Origin: Octopus bimaculoides
Taxonomy: Eukaryota
Assembly: GCF_001194135.2 (NCBI RefSeq)
Contig: NC_068981.1
Coordinates: 160,804,792 to 160,868,791 of the forward strand
DNA: 64,000 nt
Direction: 5' to 3'
Below are positions 26,410 to 37,701 of the stretch, piece after piece. The notes beneath the pieces were generated by a model. The model saw only the letters and a list, made by a program, of their open reading frames with translations, made no database searches and had not been told where the DNA came from. Position numbers and translations under genes: made by a program. Position 1 is the first letter of the stretch. Each line of letters starts with the position of its first letter.

Positions 26410-26480
26410 ACATGTAACTCCCAATAAATGTGTTGAGTGCCCTTCTTTCGTTTATCTACTCACTCATGTGTGTGCATGTA

Positions 26481-26519
<39 letters not shown>

Positions 26520-27648
26520 GGATTGATTTGTCCCTGCTCCCTGCTTCACAACTAGTGTTGGTTTATTTATGTCCTTGTAACTTAGCAGTTTGGCACAAGA
26601 GATTGATACAATAAGTACCAGACTAAAAAAAAAAAAAAGCACTGAGGTTAGTTTGTTCAACTAAGCCCTTCAAAGCAGTGCTTCAGCATAGCTGCAATCC
26701 AATGGCTGAAACAGGCAAAAGATAAAAAAAGAAAAGTTTGGATTACAGATTGAACAGGCTTGTTTCACCTTACTTATGACTCATCAGGATTCAATGACAG
26801 CTCCTCAAACTAGCAAATATTAGCAGTAGAAAGATACTTATCAAAATCTAAACAAGATTGTATCAGACACATTTCATTTACATAATGTCCCACGGTTCAC
26901 TGCATGACATTAATTACTAGACTGGCAGGGATTTCTCCCCCCTCCCCCACCTCTGTGTATTTATTCTGACAGTGAAAATGGGGCCTGTGGTTAGCCTGCT
27001 CTGTAATATGTGATATGAGAAAAATGTAAATTTGATGCAGTAACAAAATGCTTGCTGTTGATTTGAACTCATGATCCCTGTGGTGCATTAAGGAATTAGA
27101 TTACCGTTTTGAATTAGCCCCCAGTGATTGTCCCATCTACACTTAAGTGTAAGGTTCAGTTAGTTTTGTAATATATATGTATTTATGCACTCGATTTGAT
27201 TGGGATTTATTATGTTTTAATATAGTAATTACATCAGTTCGAATTAATTGTAAACTCTTGTCAGATTCAGATATAACCATAAGAGAAATATGGAGAAGTG
27301 GGGCTGTTTGTCTGTTTGGTTTCTTACCTGTAAAAATTTGCTATATTCTCTCTCTCTCTCTGTAATATTATTTCTCTCCCTATTTTTCCTGACAGCACTG
27401 AGTGCCAATATTTACATTAGTCAAAATATCAAATGTTAAATCCTGTGAACCTATGCTTGTAATTTGATCTGTGGTTTCCTTTTAGGGAGGAGGAGGCTAT
27501 TTATTGTTGTGTCTATCATCATCATTATTCTATAAAACCAACCTTTTTTTCTCCTTTTGGTAATGTATCCTGTATACAGTAATGTACAAGAAATGTGTGT
27601 AGGATTTAATTGACAGGGAAGGACAGTTAAATCCATGTATAAACTTAA

Positions 27649-27680
<32 letters not shown>

Positions 27681-28994
27681 GCACGCACGCACGCACACAC
27701 GCACGCNNNNNNNNNNNNNNNNNNNNNNNNNNNNNNNNNNNNNNNNNNNNNNNNNNNNNNNNNNNNNNNNNNNNNNNNNNNNNNNNNNNNNNNNNNNNNN
27801 NNNNNNNNNNNNNNNNNNNNNNNNNNNNNNNNNNNNNNNNNNNNNNNNNNNNNNNNNNNNNNNNNNNNNNNNNNNNNNNNNNNNNNNNNNNNNNNNNNNN
27901 NNNNNNNNNNNNNNNNNNNNNNNNNNNNNNNNNNNNNNNNNNNNNNNNNNNNNNNNNNNNNNNNNNNNNNNNNNNNNNNNNNNNNNNNNNNNNNNNNNNN
28001 NNNNNNNNNNNNNNNNNNNNNNNNNGTACACACACGTACACACACACACACACGTACATACACACACGTACATACACATGTTTATATAACTAGTTTCATA
28101 ATCAGCCATTTGTTTAATTCTGTGTCTTACTTGAAAATTTTACTGTTATTTCTTTCTACTGTCAATTATTTAAGAAATTTTAGTTTCCTAGTATGCAATA
28201 CATGTAAAAGCTTACTTTGTGTATTGCTTCAGTATCACTGAAGAGGAGAATTTATGACTAATGAAAGAAATGCTACTGAGGCCATCATTTGACCTGATAA
28301 TGTAAAGGATATTGTCTGAAGTGCTGAGGCTTATCCTGAAGTGCAAATTCATGGAATAGTACTATGAACATTGGTCAGTGAGCAGGGGTGGGGAGTAGTG
28401 AGTGAGGGTTGCTTCCACATAGTCAGACTTGTTAGAAATTGCAGCCAAATCAACCTCAAATCATACCCTATTGTCTTAAAAAAAAGAAAAAGACACATTG
28501 AACAGTGTGTGTATGTGGTCCTAGATATACAAAAAGTTGATAGTTATGTCTGAGTAGAACTATAAAACTAATGCTGCTGTTGCTATCACCACCACCACTA
28601 CTACTGTATTTCAAGATAGGTGTACTGAGTACATACTAGCAGCTGTGTGGGGCTGGTTGGCAATCTGTATTTCTGCATTATTTTTGATGTATAGACACAA
28701 GCAGGTCCTGTTAAGTGAATGATAATCAGATGTGTCATAATTTAGTGATAAGCATTTAATCGTTCTTCTTCAACACTGTTTTATCTTTTAGAAAAGTTCA
28801 GAGAAGTATTTTACTCTTCTATCATTCTGAGTTCAAATTCTGCTGAGGTTGATTTTTGCCTTTTGTCCTTTCAGGGTTGATAAAATAGGTACCAGTTGAG
28901 CACTGGCATCAATATAATCAACTAGCTTGCTCTGCTCTCGAAATTTCAGACCTTGTACCTATAGTAGAAAGACTTGTTATTATGGGAGCTTTTT

Positions 28995-29980
28995 GAAACC
29001 ACAGACAGGCATTGAAAATCTTTGCAGATGATTCCAAACTCCAGAAGGCCATAAATGGTATGGGAGACCGAACATGCTTTCAGTTGGATCTGTTTGTTGT
29101 AGTCCAATGGGTGGAAAAGAACAATATGCTTCTAAATGAAGATAAGTTTAATTTGATCCATTTTGGAAAAGAGGATACTCTGAAATTACTATATGCCCCT
29201 CTCTTGGGCGACTCCCTAGTGTCATCCAACAACACCAGAGATTTTGGAGTAATTGTTAGTAACAATCTAAGCTGGACTTCCCACGTAAACAGCTAGGTTA
29301 ACTTGGCCCACAAGATGCTCTTCTGGATTCTGAGAACTTTCTGGTCTACAGATTCCCACACCATCATCCTTCGCTACTCTACTTTTGCTCGACCCCCACT
29401 TTAAATACTGTTGACCCACACGAAGCAACTCATTATGAAAATGGAAGCACTCCAGAGGTCAATAACAAGATAGATAGATGGCATAATAGGCATTGACTAT
29501 TGGGGTCAACTGAAAAAACTCAATCTCTACTCTCTCCAACTCAACTGGGAGTGCTACATCATTTGTACGATGTGGAAAATATTCCATCAACATTACACAC
29601 ATGATGTTGGCATCAGTTTTAAAATCCACCCAAGATTTGGCCCTTGTGCTATCCGCCCACTACAAAAATTGAACTTGGGACACATAACAACATTACAACA
29701 CAACTATTTTAACTTAACCAGTCCAGCTCTCTTTAATATCATACCAAAATACATCAAAACGTAAACAGATCCCATAAAATTCAAAAGCTCTCTGGAAAAT
29801 TTCTTCAAAAAATTCCGAACCAACCTCTTACACCCAGATATGACTCCAACAATAATTACTTTTTGCTAGAGTGGGCCATGGTGCCCCATATATGACTAAA
29901 AGACTTCACCAGGTGATGCAGTTAAGTTAGACATGGCTTAGGCCTATACTAACCAAAACCTATCAAAGTCATCAAAGTTA
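28995..29980 (+). mobile_element. 5'-truncated CR1-group LINE (RT C-terminal half and 3' end), decayed
   Basis: KIFADDSKL, WVEKNNMLLNEDKF, RDFGVIVSNNLSWTSHVN, EALQRSITR, DYWGQLKKLNLYSL and PALFNIIP, with several stops. Confidence 0.9.
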
Positions 29981-30639
29981 ATATAGAATTTTCAAAGTAA
30001 GTATTAAACAGTTTAGACTGAAGTGTATAAATCATCAACTTAGGCTGCTAATTCATTACCTTTTATACTGTGGGTAGAATTTATTACATCACTGAAAGAC
30101 AATGGACTCTATACATTATTCATCTATATTTCAAGCCAATACTTGTTTTACTGGTGTGTACAGTGAGACATTAAGAGTTAAGAACTTTTACCAGGGGCAT
30201 AGTATAATAATGGTGATTGACTATAAACTGATGACACATCAGTTCAGCACTGATGTCTTAATTTTTGCAAATTTAACTGGAAACTATCTTGATTTAACTT
30301 TGGGTAAATTTTTTTTATATCTAGTATCTTGAAGCAAAGAAAATATACAAAAACATCCATGAAAGTTGATGGGTAGAGAGAATATATTTTAAGATTTAGT
30401 TTATTTCATAAAAGATTTAAGATTCAAAATGTCCTCATGTTATAGATCCTCCTCGTCAAAACCTGTTCTGATAAATGGGGGTAAATGTATAAACTATTTT
30501 TAATTTATCAAAAGTAAAAGTAATTCTGTCTCATTCATGTCTAGCTACCAGCATGGCTGACTGAGTTGATGACAACAAAAGCCCATGAAGGGGAGAGGGA
30601 ATAGTGGCTGCACATATGTGGTTACTTGAGTTGCTGGGT

Positions 30640-31400
30640 GGGGGTCAAGTTGATTACATTGGCCCTATTGATTTGAAGAAGTTGAAGGGCAAAGTTGACC
30701 TCAGGATGTATAGAGCTGGAAGAAATGCTGCCTAGCATTTTGTCTGATGCACAAACAATTCCTCCAGGTTGCTGCCTTCACACCTCCACATAATCCTTTT
30801 TACTATAGACACAAGGCCTGAAATCTTAGGGGAGGGGATTAGTTGATTACATTAACCCCAGTGTTCAACTGATATATATTTTATCAATCCAGAAAGGATG
30901 AAAAGCAAAGTCAGCCTTGATGGAATTTGAACTTCAAATGTAAAGATGGCTGAAATGCTGCCAAGCATTTCGTCTGGCGTGCTAACAATTCTTCCAACTC
31001 ACTGCCTTCATACCCCAAATATTAATAATAATAATAATAATGATAATAATAATTATTTCAAAATTTTTGTCACAAGGGCACCTTGGGTGGGGATGAGTCG
31101 ATTACATCAATCCTATTGTTCAACTGGTACTTATTTTATTGACCCAAAAAGGATGAAAGGCAAAATCGACCTCAGCAGAATTTGAATTCAGAACGTAGTG
31201 ATGGGCAAAATACTGCTAAGCATTTCATCCACCATGCTAATGATCCTGCCAGCTCATTGCCTAATAATAATAATGATTTCTAATTTTGGTATGAGCCTAA
31301 TAATTTTGAGGAGACCCTAGTATTTGACTGGTACCCTGAAAGGATGAAAGGAATAGTTGAACTTGGTAGGATTTGAACTCAGAGCATAAAATACAATAAT
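30640..31400 (-). mobile_element. Head-to-tail array of about four family B SINEs
   Basis: Repeated aaggatgaaaggcaaagttgacc core at about 30675, 30895, 31150 and 31340, separated by (AAT)n. Confidence 0.8.
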
Positions 31401-32818
31401 AATTATGATTTATTTTATAAAAAAACAATAAATATTTCTGAAGTAGATGTTTAGTCCATATCACTCCATAAGGAGCATAGGGCTGGTTTCTCAGTTTCTT
31501 TGGCCTATATATTCCTTTGTGGACAGGACACTGGTCTGTCGTAGGATTACTCATTTTTAGCACCTGAGTGGACTGGAGCATCATGAAATGAAGTCTTTTG
31601 CTCAAGAACACAATGCATTGCTTGGTCTGGGAATTGAAACCACATGCCTTTGATCCTATGTCCAACACCCTAACCACTAAGTCGTGTGTCTCCACAAGTT
31701 GATACAAGGCACAAATTTGAAGCAAGAGAATATTTCCTCCAATCTACTTCACTAATTGACTGCTGCTTATTTTATCAACCTCAGAAGGTCGTATCTGGTA
31801 GGATCCAAATTCAGAAAGTAAAGTGACAAAAATAATTGAAATGAAATAGCTACAATCAGGTAATTGAGGCTGGGTTGTGAACTTAGCTCACCAAAATCTT
31901 TCCTCCTTCCATACCTTTCTTAACCTTACCTTATTGTCAGTTCATGTACCCAACTGATTGTTGCTGCATTACTTAATACTTGTAGCTAATTTAAGAACAA
32001 ACTGAGTCTAGTTGTTAGTTGTCAATTAAAGAAAAAAAATAAAAAAATAAAACAGAGCTAATGATTACCTGCTTGCATTTCAAATATTCATCAGAGACCT
32101 GTCCACTCCTACCATTTATTGTTGCTAGTGGCTTCGATTCAAGTGCTTCAGATAGCCAACTTGATGTCCAGCTGGTCAGTAACACACATGTTTCTTGATG
32201 GCCTGCAACCATGTACACAGTGTTATTGTCCGTCTGTCATGTAGACTCCACAGATGGTTCAGAATGAGGAAAGCAAAGAAGAAATTTGCTCAGTTATGGT
32301 GATCATTTCTCAAGCAGTTCTATTTTTTTTTGCCCTTGTTTTTGATTTTTGCAAATTGTATCATTCTTTATTTGTATATTTATTTTCTTTCATTCTTAAA
32401 ATATCTTTTTAGATATACTTCATAATAGTTTTTTTAAAACTCACATTAAACTCTCTCTTTTCCTCTTTCTGTCTTGTTTGTACCTCCTTCTTTCTTTTTT
32501 CTATTGCTTCCCTCCTTTTCTTTTTCTGTTTCACTCTCTCTCTCTTAATTTCCACTCTTTCCTTTTATTCTCAAACATTGTCTCTCTCTTTCTCTCATTC
32601 TCTTGTTTTTGCTATCCTTATCCCATTTTCTCTTTGCTTATCTTCTTATTCTAGTTTTTTGTGTTCCCCCTCCTTCTTTCACTTATGTTCTCCCTCCTCC
32701 TTTCACTTTTATATCTCCTTCCCTCTTTTAGCTCTCCTCTCTCTCCAACATTATCACTTTTCCTCTCTTCATTTCCTTTATAATTTGTTCTCTTTCTCTC
32801 TCTCCCTCCCCAGCTTGT

Positions 32819-32880
<62 letters not shown>

Positions 32881-34271
32881 AGTTATTTAACAGTTGTCCT
32901 TAAGCATTACTAAGTGTACTCCTGATATTCCATCATCAAACCCACTAACTATCCCTCATACTAACACCACTACTATCCACTCGTACCACTATCGCTAAGG
33001 TTCCAGTAACACCACCAACTATAACTAATCATCATCACCATTATTTGATAGTTTCTTTGACATTTCATCCTTAATTAATAACTTCCAATTCTTAGATCAC
33101 AACTTGAGAGAGAGTATGGGTGTGTGTAAAATTCTGCTTGTTTTTCTTCTCCCATTTCCTTTTCTTTTTAGAATTATTATTATTATCATTATTATTATTA
33201 TTTTAATATTTTAAACATTTTATTTAATTTCTCCAATTTAAATGTTAAAAATTTTTTAATGATCTTTTTGTCTGTATTTTTCCCCTCCTTTTTCTCTCTC
33301 TCTCTTCATTTCTTCTACGTTTTTTACTGTCTCACTAACAATCACATATTCCTGTGCATAATATCACCCATACGCAAGCATGCCATGCTAAGATGATAAT
33401 TTTATCAGTTACTTAAACTAGGTTTAGAATGATTGAAATTCTTTGATAACCTTTTTTTTCTTTTTTTGCTTTTTCTTAACTTTGTTATTTCTTTTTAATT
33501 CTATATCCAATAATATGTCAGTGTATTGAAGTAGCAGAAACAGTATAATGTTAGGTGAAAGACCACGTGGTATTTAACTATATTTAATTGTCCTGAGTTC
33601 AAATCTTGCTGAAGTCAATGTTGATGTTAATTTTTCTGGGATTGACAAAATAACTACCAGTCATATATATATGAGACTGGGTCTGGCATGGAACTCAATT
33701 AAATTCACACTGCCCCTCCTCTTTGAAATGGTGTAGCTTTGTGTCAAAGTTAAGAAATCAATATTTGGGTAGCTGATTTCACCTTATCATCACCACTATT
33801 AATGACATTATCACTATTATGTCATTAATAGCTTCTTCATCCTCATCATTGTCAACCCAACTATCATTATGACCATTGTCATTATAATCCTCCCTACTAG
33901 CACCAACGCTGTCCTATCATCATCATTGTCAACACAACTATAATCACCACCACTAGTGCCTACACTACTATCATCCTCAACACCGCAATGACAACGACAA
34001 CCACCACTACCCAAGCTTGAACACTGCAATATTATCATCACTATCATCATTGTCAACACCACTATTATGATGATGATCATCATTACCACTATCATCAGCT
34101 CTATACATGTACCAACACTGCCATATCATCATCACCATCCCCCACTAGCTGCTGTTATAGTTATCAGTCTGGTGTCTTTGTTGAAATATCAGTCTGTGAA
34201 AATGTTACTGAGAATTTTTTCCATATCTTATCTTCCTTACTGCTTATATATTTATTATTATTAGTATTATT

Positions 34272-34690
34272 AAGGTGGTGAGCTGGCAGAATCGTTAGCA
34301 TGGCAGGCGGTATTTTGCCCATCTTTACATTCTGAGTTCAAATTCTGTCATGGTCGGCTTTACCTTTCATCCTTTTGGGGTCGATAAATTAAGTACCAGT
34401 GAAACACTGGGGTCGATGTAATCAATTAGTCCTCTCCCCTTAAATTTAAGGCCTTCTGCTTTTAGTAGAAAGTATTATTATCATTATTATTATTAAGGCG
34501 GTGAGCTGGCAGAATCATTAGCATGCCAGGCAAAATGCTTAGTGGAATTTTGTCCATCCTTATGTTTTGAGTTCAAATTCTGCTGAGGTTGACTTTGCCT
34601 TTCATCCTTTTGGGGTTGATAAAATAAGTACCAGTTGAATATTGAGGTTGATGTAATTGACTATCCTCTCCCCTCAAATTTCAGGCCCTG
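34272..34690 (+). mobile_element. Two head-to-tail family B SINEs
   Basis: Each starts tattattaaggYggtgagctggcagaatc and carries the core; (TAT)n spacer. Confidence 0.85.
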
Positions 34691-34799
34691 TTCTAATGAT
34701 TAGTGTTCTTTGTAATGTCTTTTTTATCCATCAGTCCCCCTCTCTGTTTTTATAATTTATATCATTAAACATAAGCCCTCATGTAAACATTACTTCACC

Positions 34800-35272
34800 C
34801 CTTCTTTAGCATTCAGATTACCCTGTCAAATGTAATGCTTATTTATTCACATTGTTTTAAGTTGATCAGTCCTATTGTAGCTTTGAGATTTTGACATTGT
34901 AATTGTTTATTTTTAGAATAATATTGTAGGATAAGTAGCAGAGGTTCAGATCTGGTGACTTTGAACATAAAACAGGTATGATTGTTGTATGGTAGTTAGT
35001 AAAGTTTCGCTTTAGCTATTAAGCTTATAAAAAGATAGATGGTAGCAGTGATCATTGCTTTAAAGTGGCCATATCCAGCCAAAATAATCTACTTGTATTA
35101 GCTTCAAACTGGCCAGATCTGGCCTCTGTCACTTATCCTACAATATTATTCTAAAAATAAACACTCATGTCATTGAAGTCTCAAAGCTACAAGGTAATAC
35201 ATGATTAATTCATATAAATGTGAATAGATAAGCGTTACACTTGAAAGAGAAATTTGAATGCTAAAGGGTTGA
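34800..35272. mobile_element. Inverted pair of piggyBac-type family 1 MITEs
   Basis: About 34800-34980 (+, 3'-truncated) and 35055-35272 (-, ends gaatgctaaagggttga). Confidence 0.75.
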
Positions 35273-35329
35273 ATTCAAAACTTCACCCTTATCTCTCATT
35301 TGTCATTTGTCCATCTTTCTGGGAATTGA

Positions 35330-35735
35330 TAAAATAAAGCTTGACCTAGATACTGCAGGCTTGCCTGACAGTATGGCAATTTTTCTGTTCCATGGTGGTA
35401 GGCCCCCTCATCTGGGATTCCATATGCTGTGACACCGTCTCTGGCTGGCGTTAACTTGGTGTGTTCAGTTACTAGCCCAGGCTCCACTGTTTGACAGACT
35501 GAGAAGAATCAACTGTCAAAGTATTGGCTGCTCTCTGACAGGCCTATGGTTGAGCCTAAGGCAGTTGAGACCTCTGGTGTCCTCGGTCCCCAGATCATGT
35601 CCCTGCTCACTGCTAGCAGGATAGAGATGACTATCTGTAAGTGCAAGCCCTATGAGTCAGGGTGGCTGTTCCAGGGCATCTCCAGGGCAATGCCTATTCC
35701 ATTTTGTCAGCTGGCACCATGAGGTGGTCTAAATT
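35330..35735 (+). mobile_element. CRE-clade non-LTR retrotransposon endonuclease-domain relic
   Basis: PDSMAIFLFHGGRP/LIWDSICCDT, VEPKAVETSGVLGP and ESGWLFQ...GNAYSIL resemble CRE motifs RPDG.TL.PW..G..L.WD.TC.DT, F.P.AVET.G..G and QRGNA. Confidence 0.75.
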
Positions 35736-35844
35736 ACAGGAAGTTGAAAGAATGTTAGAATTTCATAGCTTACTGCACAAATAATAAAATTGAGAAAATA
35801 TAAAGAAAAAATAACCTAAAGTAACAATTAAGTGCTGGGATGGT

Positions 35845-36072
35845 TTAACCCTTTAGTATTCAAATTACTCAGTCAAATGTAATGCCTATTTATTCATATT
35901 GTTTTCAATTAATCATGCATTATCTCTTAGCTTTGAGATTTCGATGATGTGATTGTTTATTTTTAGAATGACATTGTATGGTAAGTGTAAGAGGCCAGAC
36001 TCGACCAGCTTTAACGTAAAACAAGTAGACTATTTGGTCTGGATATGGTCTGCTTGAACACTAAAGGGTTGA
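35845..36072 (+). mobile_element. piggyBac-type MITE, family 1
   Basis: TTAA-CCCTTTAGTATT ... CACTAAAGGG-TTGA. Confidence 0.8.
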
Positions 36073-36913
36073 TTAACTATAGACACTCCAGCATCTCCCT
36101 CCTACAAAAATTGTGACCTTGTGCCTCCTTTTTTTCTATTTTTCTTGTTCAGCTATAGGACTGTGGCTGTGCTAGGGTACAACCTTAAATGGTTTAGTTG
36201 ATCAAATTGACCCCTTTGGTATTTATGTCATGCTTGAGAAGACCCATTGAGCTGAGCAAAATTGCAGTCATGACAGATACCGGTGTCATACAAATTGGCA
36301 CCTATGCCAGTGGCACATAAACACATCCCGGTGTCATGCATATGGCACCCATGCCAGTGGAATGTAAATGCATTCGTTAGACTCTTGAGGTGGTTGGCAT
36401 TAGGAAGATTATCCAGCCATAGAAAACCATGCCAAATCAGACTGGAGCCCAGTGAAACCATCCAATCCATGCCAGCATGGACAATGGCTGTTAAATGATG
36501 ATGATGATGATACACATGCTGTGCATGTGTATATACACACATACATATACTGTGAAATTTTCTGACTAAATCTAAATTGCATTTCTTTATTATCATTCTC
36601 CCCACACATGTTGTTATCCTCAGTCTCCCTCTTTATCTTTCTATCTTTCTTTCACTCTCTTTCTTTCACTCTCTTTCTCTTGTTAATCACAGCATTCTGT
36701 CATTTAAAATTTTTTTACAATTTTGTAGAAGATATGTGTATTGTTCTATATTTTTAAAACTTGTTTGTCAAGTTTTTTTAAATATTGCATTTATTCCCTG
36801 AATTTGACGTTTTTTTTTGTGCTAACACTTTACACACACACACACACACACACCAATCTATATTTTTTCTATTTCTATCCTCAACTTTTCTTGTATAACT
36901 ACTTATACATTTT

Positions 36914-36954
<41 letters not shown>

Positions 36955-37598
36955 GTGTATGTATTCTTTATCAGTTCTCAATCTTTCTATTTAAGTCCTC
37001 CCACATATAACTGCATATCAATTTCTATGGGAGAAAGCTTTTTATATTCTCAAATATTCTCACCACCAAACATTTTCATAGATATTAATGTCAGAAAGTC
37101 ATAAGATTGTAATTTTTTTTTTCCTTTTTTTATTCCCTTTGTTTTCGTGAACTGTGAAGGATATTTTCTTGTGTTAGAATTTTTACTATCATTTTACTGT
37201 CTTCATGTATTGAACTGTTAGCCCTAGTGAAGCATCACCCAGTGTAGTGTTTCCCACCAATTTCACTAATGAGGATCTCTTTTATGTGAATAAATTTTCC
37301 CACAGCTCCTGGGCTATTCCATAAACCGATTTTTAAAAAATTTTTTTTTTTTACTTTTTTAACTAACAACAAACTTGTTTGCTGAGTTTCAGATTTTAAA
37401 TGAAACCTATATGTAACTGAATAATTAAACATCTTACATTGTGTGTGTACATTTGTGAGCTATATGCAATATAGTTCTGTTGAATTTCTTATTGTTTACA
37501 TTCATAATATACACCTTAAATTTAGTTATATTCAATTAAACTTTTAGAAAAATTATTTTCAATCAACATTTCAGTGTTTATTTATTTTTTTTTTATAG

Positions 37599-37701
37599 GT
37601 TGGAGTAATTAGAAAATACCTAGAAAAAGAAATTCATTTAAAGGTCCATGATCTTATGGATCCGAATGCTCTACTGGATGGAGGGGACGTTCTCTTCACT
37701 G
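37599..37701 (+). CDS. DDAH: DDAH-like gene, internal exon (equivalent to human DDAH1 exon 2)
   Basis: Acceptor tttttttatag and donor g|gtatgt. Translates VGVIRKYLEKEIHLKVHDLMDPNALLDGGDVLFT(G), matching the DDAH motif NATLDGGDVLFTG, with a phase-1 intron inside the final Gly as I recall for human DDAH1. Confidence 0.93.

Noticed and set aside
33817-34264. Hydrophobic Met/Ile/Val-rich ORFs
   Set aside because: Degenerate (CAT/CAC/ACT)n triplet field.
36692-36757. FVEDMCIV after a pyrimidine tract and AG, resembling DDAH FVEDVAVV
   Set aside because: Flanking residues do not match (no ELP.DE..PD before, no RP...R after) and a stop follows within four codons; chance match in low-complexity DNA.
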